Made by a program: the position numbers and the translations under genes. DNA of 55,800 nucleotides, filler included, from Dugesia japonica (lineage: Eukaryota), in assembly GCA_001938525.1 (NCBI GenBank). It is 5 parts of 5 records of this genome, joined end to end, with 100 filler letters (N's around TTAATTAATTAA, not from the genome) between each part and the next. Parts side by side here need not be neighbours in the genome. Positions count along the whole stretch, not along the records: positions 18,426 to 31,940 come from MQRL01596677.1; positions 32,041 to 43,705 come from MQRL01625247.1; 3 more parts are not named here. The stretch is one strand, 5' to 3'. A model generated the notes under the pieces. It saw only the letters and a program-made list of their open reading frames with translations, made no database searches and had not been told where the DNA came from. This document shows positions 24,401 through 37,620 of this stretch, piece after piece; within the stretch, counting starts at the first letter, position 1; each line of letters opens with the position of its first letter.

Positions 24401-26621
24401 AACCAAGAAATATAATTGCAAACATGAAATATAATTTGCAAACTGTTACTAGAACTACAGTACAAAAAGGATGACTAGAAAAGCACGAAGAGTTCTGCCA
24501 TAAAAGCAAAAAAAGAAGCAGGAACATTTGTTAATAAGAAAAAGAGAAGTGAAAGAAAAAAAATGGGGAAATGAACCAGGCGAAAAATTTAAATGCGCGT
24601 AAAACTGTTGCAGAAAAACGACAAACATGAATAATATTGAAACGCGGAACTAGGAATCACAGATAATAATTCTTGACGTAGACCATCGTAAGATCGAATG
24701 ATATTAAGACCTCCTTTACAAGGGCGGTGATCTACAGTTAATATTCTATACCTGGAGAACTCCTTGAGCACAATACCTCTCTTTGGATGTAGGGTTCACC
24801 ACCACTGTTACATTCGATTAGGGTTCATTTTAGAAAAAATTACAAATTACAAAACTACCTGGAACTCTAATGATTCACGATTATTGTTATCTGGTATATC
24901 GACATTGAAAACAGTTCCCAAATCGACACTTGACTCATATGAACTTGTAGTATAATTACTGTTTAATGATTCACATGAATCAGAGATATCCGAACTGGAG
25001 TCGGATTCATCTGAATTCTCGTCGCTGTTTAATTTCTCAAATTTTTCTTTTTTCTCACACGTCTCCTCATTGGAATAGATTTTCCGGTATAATTCCAACA
25101 ATTCATCCATTGGTATTTCAGCGTCTTCTTTCAAGTGATCGATTTCCAATTTATTTTGCTCTGCATCATGAATATCTTCATATTTCTCTTGTTCAATCAT
25201 AGTCTCTTCCCAATCATCGCTAGCTTCAGCATCATCCAGCGGTATTTTTATTTCAACATCATCATCATCATTATTATTATTAATCGAAGGATCTTTATTA
25301 CTATGATTTTCTGAATTAATTTGCTCTTCTTCAACGTTACACTTGGAAATACCATTTTCATTATATTCAATCTTTACATCTCTCTCGTTTTCATTATTAT
25401 TTACTTCAGTAACGGTTTTAAAATAATCCAATGGTAACTCTTTAAGAATATCTTCTAATGACATATCGTTTTGCTTTTGTAATGCCTGAATTTCTTCCTC
25501 TATATTATAATCAACTTCCATTTCTTCTCTGTCTATTGTTTCTTCATCATCAGTCCATTCATCTTTTGCCTAAATTATAAATTATTCATACTTTATTCTT
25601 CTATTATCTAACAACAAATAATACCTGAAACTCAGGATCTTCTTCTGTTGATGTTTCGTTGTCAGCTGATGTGACTAATTTCAGATCTTCTGTCAACCAT
25701 TCAGTATATTTCTGTGTGGTTTCAATAACTTTCCCCAGATGGTCATTGATTGCTTCTTGGCGTCTAGCATCTAATCGAAATTTTTGTTTAGCTAATACAA
25801 TCTGCAAAAAATAACAATTAAAAGATTGAATTGTACTTTAAATCAAACCTTTTGCATTTGTTTCCACCATTCCTTGATAATTTTCGATACATTTAGACAG
25901 TGCTTTTTAGCTTTTATCGTTTCTTCTTTATTATTTTTTAACATTTGGGCTTCTTTTTCTTTAACATATTTATATGCAGCAACAGCCAACTAAATAATTC
26001 AAATTAATACAATATTTAACATGTTTATAAAAAAACTTTTTTCGCATCGACTTTTCGAATTTGCTTATTTGTAGACATATTATCTTGTAACCATTTCATT
26101 TCTTTAATTAATAAATCCCAATGAAAAATAGGTCTAATTGGGTCGGATTTTTTATTAATCATCTTTGATGACCAAAGATTATTTTTCTGAAGTTCTTCTA
26201 CTCTATTTAAAATACAACGTTCAGCAACAACACGATTGATTAATTCATCACTGTCAATATATTCTGGGTCAGAATCATCAGAATCATCAATAAAATATTT
26301 CTTTGAAATTTCAAAAGCATCATCAGATTTAGTATTGGAAATATCTCTTTTGTCATCATCAATTTGTAATTTCTTATAAAAAATAAATACATGGCCACTT
26401 TGTAAATAATTTAATTCGTGTATTGAAGTTTGGTATTTTTTATTAGAATCGTCTATTTCATTATTTATCACTGAAATAATTTCCTTTTTATATTTTGCTG
26501 AACAGGAAATTGCTGAAGCTGTTCGGCGTGGTATTTTGAAATTGTTATCACAAATTTTCCAATTATTTATAGAATTTGACGTTAAACTACTTCTAGTACG
26601 GGTGGAAATACATTCTTCCAT
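18426..26621 (-). CDS. SRCAP: SRCAP/Domino/p400 (SWR1-family) chromatin-remodelling ATPase, 3'-truncated by contig end
   Basis: Exons 26621-26037, 25989-25849, 25801-25625, 25569-24859, 22026-21529, (N gap)-21282, 19417-19225, 19181-18838, 18794-18426, with GT-AG borders in compatible phase. HSA (HWDLLIKEMKWL), LREYQHVGLDW, LADEMGLGKTIQ, ILDE, HREFNEWF, LHKVLRPFILRR, MQLRKVCNHPNLF. Confidence 0.95.
22345..23032. mobile_element. MITE in SRCAP intron with nested pogo/Tigger-type end (from 22492)
   Basis: TIRs CCCGTCAAAATAGCCCAAGACAAAATAG / CTATTTTGTATTGGGCCATTTTGACGGG; internal TACAGTCAACCCTCGTTATACCGCC. Confidence 0.65.
23498..23850 (+). mobile_element. Mariner transposase N-terminal remnant (intronic)
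   Basis: MGDIFEQRSCIKFCVKNKI; GRPPT; NRHLTVREFAEIVGISTGSV. Confidence 0.85.
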
Positions 26622-27547
26622 TAACTAAATTATTTTAAAATTATAATTCAATAAGTAGAAAATAAATTCTCAAATAAAATCAAATTAAAATTTACAGAAC
26701 GTACTTAGTGAATTATATAATTAATAAAAAATATCTAAAAATTTAAAGTATTAATAATTTTCAAATTTTAAAACAAATAACTACGATGGATAATGATGAA
26801 TATAGACTTTCTGTTACAATTAATAATAATTTAAATATTAAAATTACACACTTGAGTAATAACTCATAAATTGTGTGATAATTTCAAATATAAAAGGCGA
26901 AACGAGCTCAAAATAATTTTAATTAATTTACAGGTTTTTAAACATTGCCATATACAATCTGACAAATTATTTGTTGAACAATATATGAATACACAATGTG
27001 ATAAGAGATTTGAAAATTACTTATCTATAAATTATTTTAAAATGCTGATGAAGAAATATTTTTGTGATTAAATTATATGAAAATAAATATTTCAAAAACC
27101 GATTAAGTTAACTTTTTTATATAATGTCGTTTGAAATGCGAATGGTACAAATAATTCTTAACATTTGAAAATTAACCCTTCTGTGGTACCCAGGTAACAC
27201 AAGTATTTTATATTATAATTCATATTTTTTAAATAAAAAGAAAAAATCGATGATCAAAACTTTTTCTAACGGTGAATCATATTTTATTATTCTCAATAAT
27301 TACTTGAACTTGATGTAATGATTTATTGATGGTAATTTAATTTGCTAATTAGTTTTATTTGAAACTTCATAGAAAGTATTGTGCAAAAATTTTTTTTAAA
27401 AAATTTTAATTTTCTGATTAGATATTTTGGTAAGTAAATAGTAAAATTTTATTTTGATAGCAATTAAACACTTATAAACAAATAATTATATATGTACTAA
27501 ATTTAATTACTAGTGTTTTTATTATTTATGAAAATGGGTTATGCATG

Positions 27548-28830
27548 TGTTGAGCCTCGAGCTTTTCTACCCGAATAGGTAAAAATTTGACGATACCTAG
27601 TGAATCGTTCATCTGCTCCGGCTCACACGAGTTTTTGCGATAACCCATCTTTAGAAACTCGTCTTGCTAGTGATTTGCTCGATACTGGCATGATTTCCTA
27701 GATTAAAGACAAAAACAAACGATGGCAAATTATACATGTATTTATATTAATTACATGTTACGGGGATTCAAACATCTTTTCCTCTGTTATCCCACAGCCC
27801 GACACTATTACAACCTTTTTCACCTTTTTTTTACAACCTCCTTCCACGAGGTCTGTACGTTAGACAGGATGGACGACTCCCTGTCTGCATAGCTGTTCAC
27901 GATCTCTGCTAGCATTTTGTTGTTGTGGATGAGTGTAAGCTACCACTGTTTGCTCACATTGACTTACTTTTCAATATCAAAACCTTCTTGTAAATGGCGT
28001 TCTCATCTTGCATCTATTTAAGCTCTCGTCATCGCTGTATTAATTTGCTCGTCAGGTTACTTTTTTGGTGAGCAACTCCTCTCGACTAAGTCGACTTTTT
28101 TCATTGACATATTGAATAATAAGGTTTAGATATTTGGTTTTATCTCACATTTATCGACTAAGTTTAATTTATGCTTATCGATATTAAATTGATATAACAT
28201 AAAAGAAAAAAATTGAATTTGATTTTCTCTTTTTAATAAGATCAGTATTCTACTAAAACATGTATTACTATGAGCACATTATTAATAGTCTTCATTTAAA
28301 CTTCAGGCTTCTGCGGCTCTCAGAGTATGGAACCAAGGAGATGTTTGAAACGACCACCTCTCCAGCGGCAAAGATTGCTTAGCATTTTTGATAGAAGTTA
28401 GCTTGGACACTTTAAAGTAAATAATATATCTAAAAAATATATACAGATCTCGTCACACGTCACAAGTTAAGAAAGAAAACCATTATGTGCATGCATTTCC
28501 AGTAGCTAATGACATTATTTTTTGACTTCACTAAGTTATTGGAGAACTGATCCAATTTTCAGATATAGTTTCCCAGAGCTGTCTCCAGACAGTTTTATAT
28601 GGCTGCCCAATTGGTTTGATAAAGCTTTGGCTAGTCGCACGTCTTTTTGCAAGCATTGTTTTATTTATTTGTCAATGTCAAAAGAGGATTTTCTTGAATT
28701 TTCAATATCCACAGAGTCGAAGTTTGCATTATCGTAATTGAAAACCAATCGTTGGAATGTTCTTTATATAATGGAATTCTTTTTAAGAGTCTTAATTATT
28801 TTCTGATTCATTTCCGATATCAATAATTTA
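27548..28830 (-). mobile_element. Element C: 3' part of a cassette-bearing TGTTG...CAACA element (5' end not found)
   Basis: Ends GGCTCAACA on the minus strand; last cassette (about 28110-27750) encodes NNKMLAEIVNSYADRESSILSNVQTSW; further degenerate short frames at 28300-28410 and 28500-28815. Confidence 0.65.
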
Positions 28831-30079
28831 CCTTACAATAGTAGTAAATTAGTTTTTTACATATCACTGCGAGTGAACTCTATAATAATTCAAAAAATAT
28901 ATTTAGATCATGTATATCCGCAATCAATAATTACAAACATGTGTTTTTTTAATGATTTCAAATATTGTTCGGAAAACGTTTAAAGATATTACAATATGGA
29001 TATAAGAAATATATTATATATTAAACTAAACAAAAAATTATTTTTCTTTCCTTTTATAATCATAATAATAAAGTGGTTACCAAACTTATGAAACAACCAT
29101 ATATACAAGCTTGGTAGGAAAATATCGTTTAGTTGTTATTAAAATTAAATTCCACTTTGTTTATTGGGTAAAAGTATGGCTTAATTGAATTAGTATACTT
29201 TTAAATCATTTTTTATAAACTGCTTGTAAAAATAAATTATTTTTAGTAAATGATATTTCAGAATCTTTAACCGCTACAAATTAGGTCTCTTGCTTCAGAT
29301 TTCCATGAACCCATAACCCCTGGTTCTTGAGATTTTACAAACCTGTCGAGATACACACGACATTTCAGCTCTAATGCCGATTAAATGCAATTTAATATCC
29401 AACTGAGTTCAAAGAAAGTGCATCTCTGTGAATTAATTTTTATTTAAATAAATAATGTTTGAATTGAATCAAACAACTCTTCTTAATAACTAAAGTGCAA
29501 TTGAATTTAATCACAAAATATTTTCTTTAAAATATTTCACAAAAATCATAAATTTTCATTCATCGGCAAATCTGCAAATTTTACATAAAACTGAACTTGT
29601 TTTTATATTGCTCTAAACGCACACATGCAACTTGACGTTTACAACATTTTCTAATAAATGTACATCAACAAATGGTGTTTCAACTACAACTCTGATTTGA
29701 CTGTTACCATTATTCACCAAAAATATAACTTAACAAATAAATTTCTAGAATGATTTTCCAATCAAATGATTTGACCATATCAAAATTATATTGGTCGCAC
29801 AACAATTTTTCATTTATACTGGATTGACTCTCCTAAAATTTTAAAATAACTCAATTTTCTCTCAAAATTGTTAACAACCTCTTTATATCTTATGTGTAAA
29901 ATATTTTATATTCAAATTTATCATTTCATCTAAATTTAATTATTCAAAGTTTTCATAATATGTTTTTAACCAACTTCTTTTCAAAGTAAAATTTAAATTT
30001 CTATGTAATATAAATTTTATTAAAATTATCTAATAAAACTTGAGTAAAATATAAACAATTTTGAATTAATGTTCTAAAT

Positions 30080-30580
30080 CGATATATACAAAAGAGAGGT
30101 AAAGAAAAGAAGCAAAATGCAAAATTATTATTGTAGCTGGCTATACTGACAGCTTTTTTTTAGAATTGATAGATATAAATGTAGAAAAACTTAACGGATT
30201 AATGAAAAAAGATGAATTACTAGATACATCTAATTACAGTATAGATCATCCACTATATAGTAGTCATATGAATTCCGTCATTAGAAAGTTCAAAGACGAA
30301 AATAAGGGAGAAAAGTATTTAGAATGGATATTTTTAAGATCAAAGTGCTACAGCCTGCTGAGTTAAAAGAAACATTGAAAGCAAAAAATGTAACACTTAA
30401 AAATAGCAGTATCAACCATCAGACCTATATTGATTGTTATGATAATCATGANAAATTAGCAGTCGAATAATTTAGAATAGTTTCGAAAAATCATCAATTG
30501 TTTAGAACAAATTCAAAGAAATTAGCATTTAAGTAACAGCGATGATAACAGGTACTGAATAGGAAAAAATGAAAGTGTAC
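30080..30580 (+). mobile_element. Polinton pPolB C-terminal remnant
   Basis: IVAGYTDSFF, LLDTSNYSIDHPLYS, KFKDE, FLRSKCYS. Confidence 0.9.
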
Positions 30581-30689
30581 AATTATTATTGTAAAGTAGT
30601 TTTAAAAGCAATTTTAAATTTTTTGTATATTGAGACGAAATTATTAAAATTATTTATTAAATATTTTGAATTAAATCATAATACAGATT

Positions 30690-30915
30690 TGTTAAATAAA
30701 TATAAAATTTTACGTATTTAAATGTTAACAAAACTAAACTATTTTAAATATTTTAATGAAATCATAAAATAAATTTGTTAAATTATTCATAAAAAGTGTA
30801 CGTATTTAAATATTTACAAAACTAAACTTTTTAGATATTTGTAATTAAATTATAAAAGAACTTAGTGAACATAAAATTTTACGTATTTAAATGTTTACAA
30901 AAATCTAAACTTTAA
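30690..30915. repeat. About 85-90 bp tandem repeat, 3 copies
   Basis: TACGTATTTAAAT.TT.ACAAAA occurs three times. Confidence 0.75.
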
Positions 30916-30959
30916 ATTCTCTAAGTTCTCTAATCCATCAAAAATATTGTTCAATATAT

Positions 30960-31750
30960 CCGTCAAATCAATTTTTGATTACTCGACCCACTCCATAATT
31001 GTTCTAATATTCGAGCTTTATTCGTATACCCTTTTATGAATTTTCTATAATAGTTACAAATTCTGATAAAACTTTGCATTTTCTTCGCACAATTTGGTCG
31101 TAAAAAAGTTCTTATAGCTTCTCTCTTTACTGGATCTGTATGTACTCTTTTCACACAAATAATATGACCTAGAAATTTAATCTCATTCTGGAGAAACACA
31201 TTTTTCCGCATTTATCCTCAATTCTGCATCCTTAATTCTTGATAACACCATGGCAATAACTTTAATATGTTCTTGTTTCGAATTTGAGAAAATCAAAATG
31301 TCATCTAAATACACCATTGCCTCGACCAAACCTCCTACCACCTTTGGAATCATCTCTTGAAACGTTCCAGGTGCCGCCGCTATTCCAAACGGCATTCTTT
31401 TAAAACAGAATTGCTCTACTTTTGTTGAAAAAGCCATTTTCTCTTGTCACTCTTCATCTAACTCTACCTGATAGTATGCGTTCCCTTAGCCAACCGTACT
31501 GAAATACTCAGATCCGTCCAATTCATCCAACATTTTATTTTATATTCGGCATAGAAAAAGCCTGTATCGCTGTTATTGCGTTTAATCTCCTAAAATCTAA
31601 ATATAAACGAATATCTTTCTTCTAAATGCACACCAGTGGTGTATTACAAGGTGAATTGCATTTCCTAATGATATTATTTTCTAATAAATTCTGAATTACC
31701 TCGTCAATTTTACTTTCTAAAATTAATGGTTGCGAGTAGGTAAATAGTAT
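30960..31750 (-). mobile_element. Ty3/gypsy RT remnant (same family as 17100-18092)
   Basis: NIIRKCNSP, LDFRRLNAIT, FKRMPFGIAAAPGTFQ, YLDDILIFS, IKFLGHII. Confidence 0.92.
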
Positions 31751-32040
31751 CCCACTGAATGTTACTCAATAGAATATATATAATCAGTTACTCAAACATT
31801 TTTATTGGTTTTATTAATTTCTTCAACAACTTTTTCATGCATTTTCATCCTGCTTTTCATTTCTTAAAACGTCTTCAATTCTTGTTTCTTAATATCTATT
31901 TTCATTTCTTTGTCATCGAGAGCAATGAACAATAGAACTTNNNNNNNNNNNNNNNNNNNNNNNNNNNNNNNNNNNNNNNNNNNNTTAATTAATTAANNNN
32001 NNNNNNNNNNNNNNNNNNNNNNNNNNNNNNNNNNNNNNNN

Positions 32041-32274
32041 TCAAAAAAAAATTTGATCCCAAAAATCTTGGAAAAATCATAGCCCCAAAAATCATAGCCC
32101 CAAAAAATCATAGCTCCAAAAAATCATAGCCCCAAAAATCATAGCCCCAAAAATCATAGCCCCAAAAAAACAGCCCCAAAAAACATAGCCCCAGCGTAAT
32201 GTGTTTCCGACCCCCCCCCCGGAGGCTTGCCCAGCGCCATGTGAGTGGGGCTAATGCGCCACTATCCCCCTACT
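32041..32274 (-). mobile_element. Polinton-like terminus ending CCCCCTACT
   Basis: Reverse complement AGTAGGGGGATAGTGGCGCATTAG shares AGTAG and GCGCATTAG with 45213. Confidence 0.5.
32072..32192. repeat. About 15 bp minisatellite (AAAAATCATAGCCCC), roughly 8 copies
   Basis: Directly visible tandem units. Confidence 0.9.
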
Positions 32275-34130
32275 ATCATGTTTAACAACGAAAGTAATTT
32301 GTGATAAGTAATTGCACAAATGTCATCAGATCTTGAAATGAGATTTTTCAAGATTTAACATGCGAGAGATAATTTTACCAGATACTTTGGTAGAAAAACA
32401 TTTTAAAATAATTGGAGAAATTAAGAATGCAAAAATTTTAGTTTGGAATTCATGTTGAGTTCAAAAGAGATCATGAAATAAAAATTTGCCATTTATCTAC
32501 TTAGTGAAAGGTTTTTTGAAGAGGGAATTAGAGTATTAAATGAGAAGATTGTTGAAAGAAGCGAATTAGAAAGTAGCTGTACTTTTAGTAGGATATTAGA
32601 AATAAATTTCAACTTGACTAAAATAAGCAAAATAAGTTATATTCCAAAGTTAGAAAATCTTGTAATGAAACAAGCAATTGTTAATGTTAAAAACAGTGAT
32701 AATAAATGCTTCATATATAGTATTCTCGCAATTCTTAAACGAGATTTAATAGACAAAAAGCAAAGGAATCGGGTAGCACAATATAACGAGTTTATGTCAG
32801 ATTTTGTATTTGATGAAAATGATATGCCCTTGAAATTTGTGAATATTCCCAAATTTAAAAAAAAACACTGGATTAGCTATTAATGTTCTATCATGGAATC
32901 AGAACTTAAATGAAAATGATGAAGACGAGGTTGTCATGAAACATGCAAACTTAGATATAATTCACAAATCAAAAGTCGAGGGTAGTAAGAAAATTAATTT
33001 ATTATTATTTGAAGAGTGAGATCAATTTCATTACACTGCTGTGGTAAATTTGAATAGATTGATGAACAGAGATATTAATAAGAATGGTGTTCAAATTCAA
33101 TCAATCTGGTGCAAAAATTGCCTTAATGAATTCTGGGATAAAACATCTTTCAAGACTCTTGAACAAATTTTGTGAGAAGATACAAACGGGAACCACTCTT
33201 TCTAAAATGCCCACAGAAAAAGAATTAATATTTACAGATTATTCAAAAACTATGACTCCTTCGTATGTTATTTATGCTGATTTCAAATCAGTGCTAGAGA
33301 AGGATCCCGAACATTACCAAAAACATCTGCCTATATCAGCAAGACTTTGATTAGTAAATAATTTCACTAACGAATATCAATACCATCAATTTATAGGATC
33401 AGACTGTGTTTACAATTTCTTGACAATAATTGAAGAAATTACCTAGAGCATTATATACTTGTTGGGGTGAAACACCCGGTTTTAGAAGAAAATCAAGACC
33501 AGGGGCTCCAAATAAGAAAATAATAAAGTAAAGGACCAAAATAAAATTAATTAAGACTAATCACCACATGGTTAAAACTTGCAAGTATTACAATTAATAA
33601 AATCGGAAGAAAAGGCAAAAGGAATAAATAGAATATCGGATAGATGGAATATCATCTTTAATCAATGATATTAATTAAAAGAAAAATAATTTATTATAAA
33701 ATAAACAAAGAAATTATTATTGAAAATAATGGTTAATTATCAGGAAAATATTAATTAATTTTAGACAAAAAAGATTTAAAATTAGACAAAAATCTGTTTT
33801 TCAAAGATATCTCCGCTCAGAAAAATCACAGAGACTTTTAGTAAGAAAAACTGGATAGAGAAGGCAACTGGTCAATAGAATTTTGTAACAGGAAAGTTCT
33901 ACCATCACCAGGAGAGTTTTGGGAAGGATTTAAAAAATGGACCAATGAGGGGCCAGAAATGAAACATAAAACAAAGCCCTGAAAAACACAATGTGTCCTA
34001 AAAATAGGCACCAATAATATAGCAGAAAAGTTTCAAAACTTTTAGAATTTTTGACAAAACCCCAATCAGTAACAAGAAACAGAAAAAATAGAAGGTCAAT
34101 GAAAAGTGTGCCGAGTTGTATCCAGAAAGG

Positions 34131-34170
34131 TATATAAACCCTGCGAAATTTAGAAGAAATTCATTCATTT
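34131..34170 (+). promoter_or_regulatory. TATA box plus initiator of element B
   Basis: TATATAAA at 34131, TCATTC 30 nt downstream, three CCAAT boxes upstream (about 33942, 34011, 34062), GTGAGT donor at 34448. Confidence 0.55.
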
Positions 34171-36191
34171 TTACTAATTGTTGTACGTAATACCGTATTG
34201 TACTATTGTAATTACTAGCGTTAGAAAATTTATTCAAGGAGAATCTCGTTAATCAATTTTTCTTAACCCACATTGTAATACCACGATTTCTACTAAATTA
34301 ATTTATCAGTGTCTTTACTGAATTTCTAGAGGAGAAATATTTCATTAGTTAAGAAAGGAAATTTGTGGCAGAAATCAACAGCTATTTTCAACTGAAATCG
34401 ACTCCTGTTTGAAGATTAAACCGTTGCAGAATAAATTGTGCTTATAAGTGAGTAAGAATTTTAATGTTAATCGTATAAAATATTTAATGGAAATTGTAAT
34501 GATATTTTAATAAACAATTAATCCATAAATTTATTTTTGTTTAGAAAAGAATTTTAAGTTGAGTTTATATTGTTACTAATGCCATATACATTCCCACATT
34601 TCGCTAGTAAATAATGAAAAATTTCGTAACTCTACTCATGAGGTATGCAGAAGTCGACAGCTGATAGCCGTTATCTCACGCTGTGCATAACAATACATTA
34701 TGTCTGAATCAAAACTCCCTCTGTATTAGTTTTATTTTTTAGCATCTGCCACAGGCGATCAATTAATTACTGACATAAATTGTCAGGCCAAGTATGGAAC
34801 ACACCAACTTGACCACAAAGCACTAAAATTACACTTCACACTGCAAACTCACCATAAGGATGACACACCCACTCGTTTCAGGCAAATAAATGACACACAA
34901 TACAACCTTATTACTACCATGAACAAGATAAATTTTTTGCCTGATTATTGCCGACACTAAACAACAATGAAAAAAAACTACTACAGAGAGGGTATGGATT
35001 TTATTTTCATGTCAAGATCTTGAATCATTGGAGATTAAGTTCATTACAGCGACCTAATTCGAATTGTTAGAGTATCGCATGGTGGTGTATTATTATCTTA
35101 TCTGGTGGTTGGAACTAACATAGAACAAGTTATCCTGTTAATAACCGCTCAATGACTGATAGACTTATCGTGATTTAATCTTAACGCAGCGGTTAAGACT
35201 TCCAGAATAACTATTATAGTTAATATTATACGGAGAAAATTATGATAAATAAATTATTAATATTATTAAGGATATTCGTTATTATTATTATCAGCATTAC
35301 TATTATAGTTGATTATTATTATTAGATTTAAGAGTATTATTACTATCTCTAGTATTATGATGGTCAATATTATTGCTAGTATTATTATCGCTATTCCTAC
35401 TGATATTATTATTATTATTAGCTCTACTGTTACTATTAGTATTATTAGTTCCACCAACATTATTAATATTATTAATTATATTATTAATTTTGTTATTATT
35501 CTTATTATTAATCCACCACCATCAGTTTTATTATCACCATCATCATTAGTAACTTTAGATGAGTGAATAGTAATATTATTATAACTATGGTTAGGTTAAT
35601 ATTCCTCAACTTAGTTGCCTCTAAAATAACAGCCAAGATAAGCATTTTCTCATTCTTTCTTATTATTAGGGGTCGAGTAGTTGAATCCTGTTGGTTTTTC
35701 CTTTAAGCTAATGGTGGAAAATTTTATCGCTAATTTTTGAATAAACCCAATCTAATAATAACCCATGAGTGTGGCTTTATCACCAAATGGGAAGCTACTA
35801 TCTTCTTCTAATATTCGCTATAGCAATTTTAATAAAGGATTTCACAATGACGTCAAATCGGGTGGGATTCATGCATTAACTTTATTTAGATCATGCCGAC
35901 AGAACTAAGAATGGCCTTACGTACTATTTCGAAGCAACCCAAAACAGCGCGGCTTAAGCAACTTATCGGGCATTAATTATTTCCGCACATAGTAGAGCAT
36001 CCTGGCGAAACGGACCTACAGTGTTTCGCCGAGATGTTCCCGTTAGTACATCAAGTGGATATTGACGCGGATTCTTGATGGTCATGACGTCGTTCAGTGT
36101 GTTGCATTTAATAAACCTTTATATTAATCTTGTTCTTAATCAACTGCTGAATATTTACTATTGATGTTAACTGTTGTTACTTTTAGCTACA

Positions 36192-36595
36192 ATGAAATTC
36201 AAATCGGAGATATTGCTTGACCGACGAACCGGTAGTACCATCTTTAATAGATATAAGAACCCATATAATAGAAATGTTGGCGTTCAAATTGGACTCCTGG
36301 TGTAGTAGAGGAGAAAAGAAATTGGGACGCCACTGAGCGTCAAGCTTTCTATCAGTGGACAGGTCCCAACCGATTGCGCGTAGTATACCATGCGGTCCCA
36401 ACTTCACAGGTAGGCGCCAATGGAGAGCCACAGATAATCAGAGAATGGTATGAGGGTCCTTCTGTGGTCGACGTTACTACGGAGCACTTCCCCCCATTCT
36501 CGTACTTAAGTGCTTTCGTTCAAAACAATCTGTGGGGTATAAGAAATACTGAAGAAGGTGATAATAACGAATCTGCCAATAATGGTTTTGCTTGA
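36192..36595 (+). pseudogene. Cassette ORF in element B (unknown product)
   Basis: Acceptor TTACTTTTAG (36186), ATG at 36192, frameshifted, AATAAA at 36627. Confidence 0.5.
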
Positions 36596-36793
36596 ATAGT
36601 TGACTTGGCGACTTGTTGTAATTAGCAATAAAATTATCCTGGTTATAACTTGTGGTTAAATGGCGTCTATTTATCATCTTGCTTTGTTTTTCAACATCAT
36701 AACGATATAAAAAAATCTTTTAAATAATAAANNNNNNNNNNNNNNNNNNNNNNNNNNNNNNNNNNNNNNNNNNNNNNNNNNNNNNNNNNNNNN

Positions 36794-37112
36794 TACTAAA
36801 AAAAGTAAGAGAATCGAGCAGAGACCAGGAGATGACCTGGGATTTATATCGTCTCACGGAACGACAATGGGAGACCGATACCGCCACGGCTGAACGCAAG
36901 GTGCAAAGAAATAAAACTAAGTTTAGAAAAAAGCAGAGGCCTTTCATGCCCAAGAAAGACTCTGGAAAGGTCAAATCGAGTCATTTTCAGAGATCATCCG
37001 GTCTCTCCATGACCGTGAAAATAAACTGGTATCCGATATTTTGACCTTAAAATAGGCCATACCTCTCGAGTCATTGATGATCGATAAGGGCACGCAAACT
37101 TCACGACCCTGA
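36794..37112 (+). pseudogene. Cassette ORF of the DRE family in element B
   Basis: After a frameshift in the A run at about 36930: ..FSEIIRSLHDRENKLVSDILTL..; AATAAA at 37138. Confidence 0.6.
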
Positions 37113-37259
37113 TCTGTTATGAGTTTTTAGTTTTAAAAATAAATGACTTTTTGATTTATATTTATCTTGCTTTCCAGTCGTTTATGTTGATTTCGAGAGT
37201 TTTTCTTTTATTTAAATATTAATAGTGATCGGACCATCTTCTAATTTTAATTTTTTTAG

Positions 37260-37620
37260 TGCCACGAATCCAGCTACCCACCAGTTTACGTAGGTGTCAT
37301 CGTCTGGTTTAAAAGTTGCTTCTAGAACGCCACATTAAGGGCAGAACGAAAGATCGTTACTGCGACACTTGACCCAGAGAAATTGCCTTATTAATAAACT
37401 TGACTTAATCGTCAAAAAGCAGAGTGAAATAGCCAAGCAGACCAAACAACTATTCACGCATAGAATCGAATTCTTAGAACAATATATTGCGGATTTGGCT
37501 AACCGGCTAGAACAAGAGACGTGGACTAACTGGAATAGCGAAGATGATGAAGCCGCTTTTGGCTTCTCATCTGAAGAGCCTACCCATTGGTTAAACCCGG
37601 GTACTCTCAATTTCATGTGA
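37260..37620 (+). pseudogene. Last cassette ORF in element B (coiled coil plus acidic/aromatic tail)
   Basis: CTAAT plus TTTTTTTAG acceptor (37259); stop at 37620; AATAAA at 37630. Confidence 0.5.

Noticed and set aside
23987-24830. Phe-rich minus-strand ORFs in SRCAP intron 4
   Set aside because: Antisense reading of A-rich, probably LINE-derived DNA; no motif firm enough to call.
32072-32192. Short repeat array as possible CRISPR
   Set aside because: No spacers; eukaryotic minisatellite inside a terminal repeat region.
35260-35580. Ile-rich ORFs on both strands (also 3873-4109)
   Set aside because: Translation of degenerate (ATT)n sequence.
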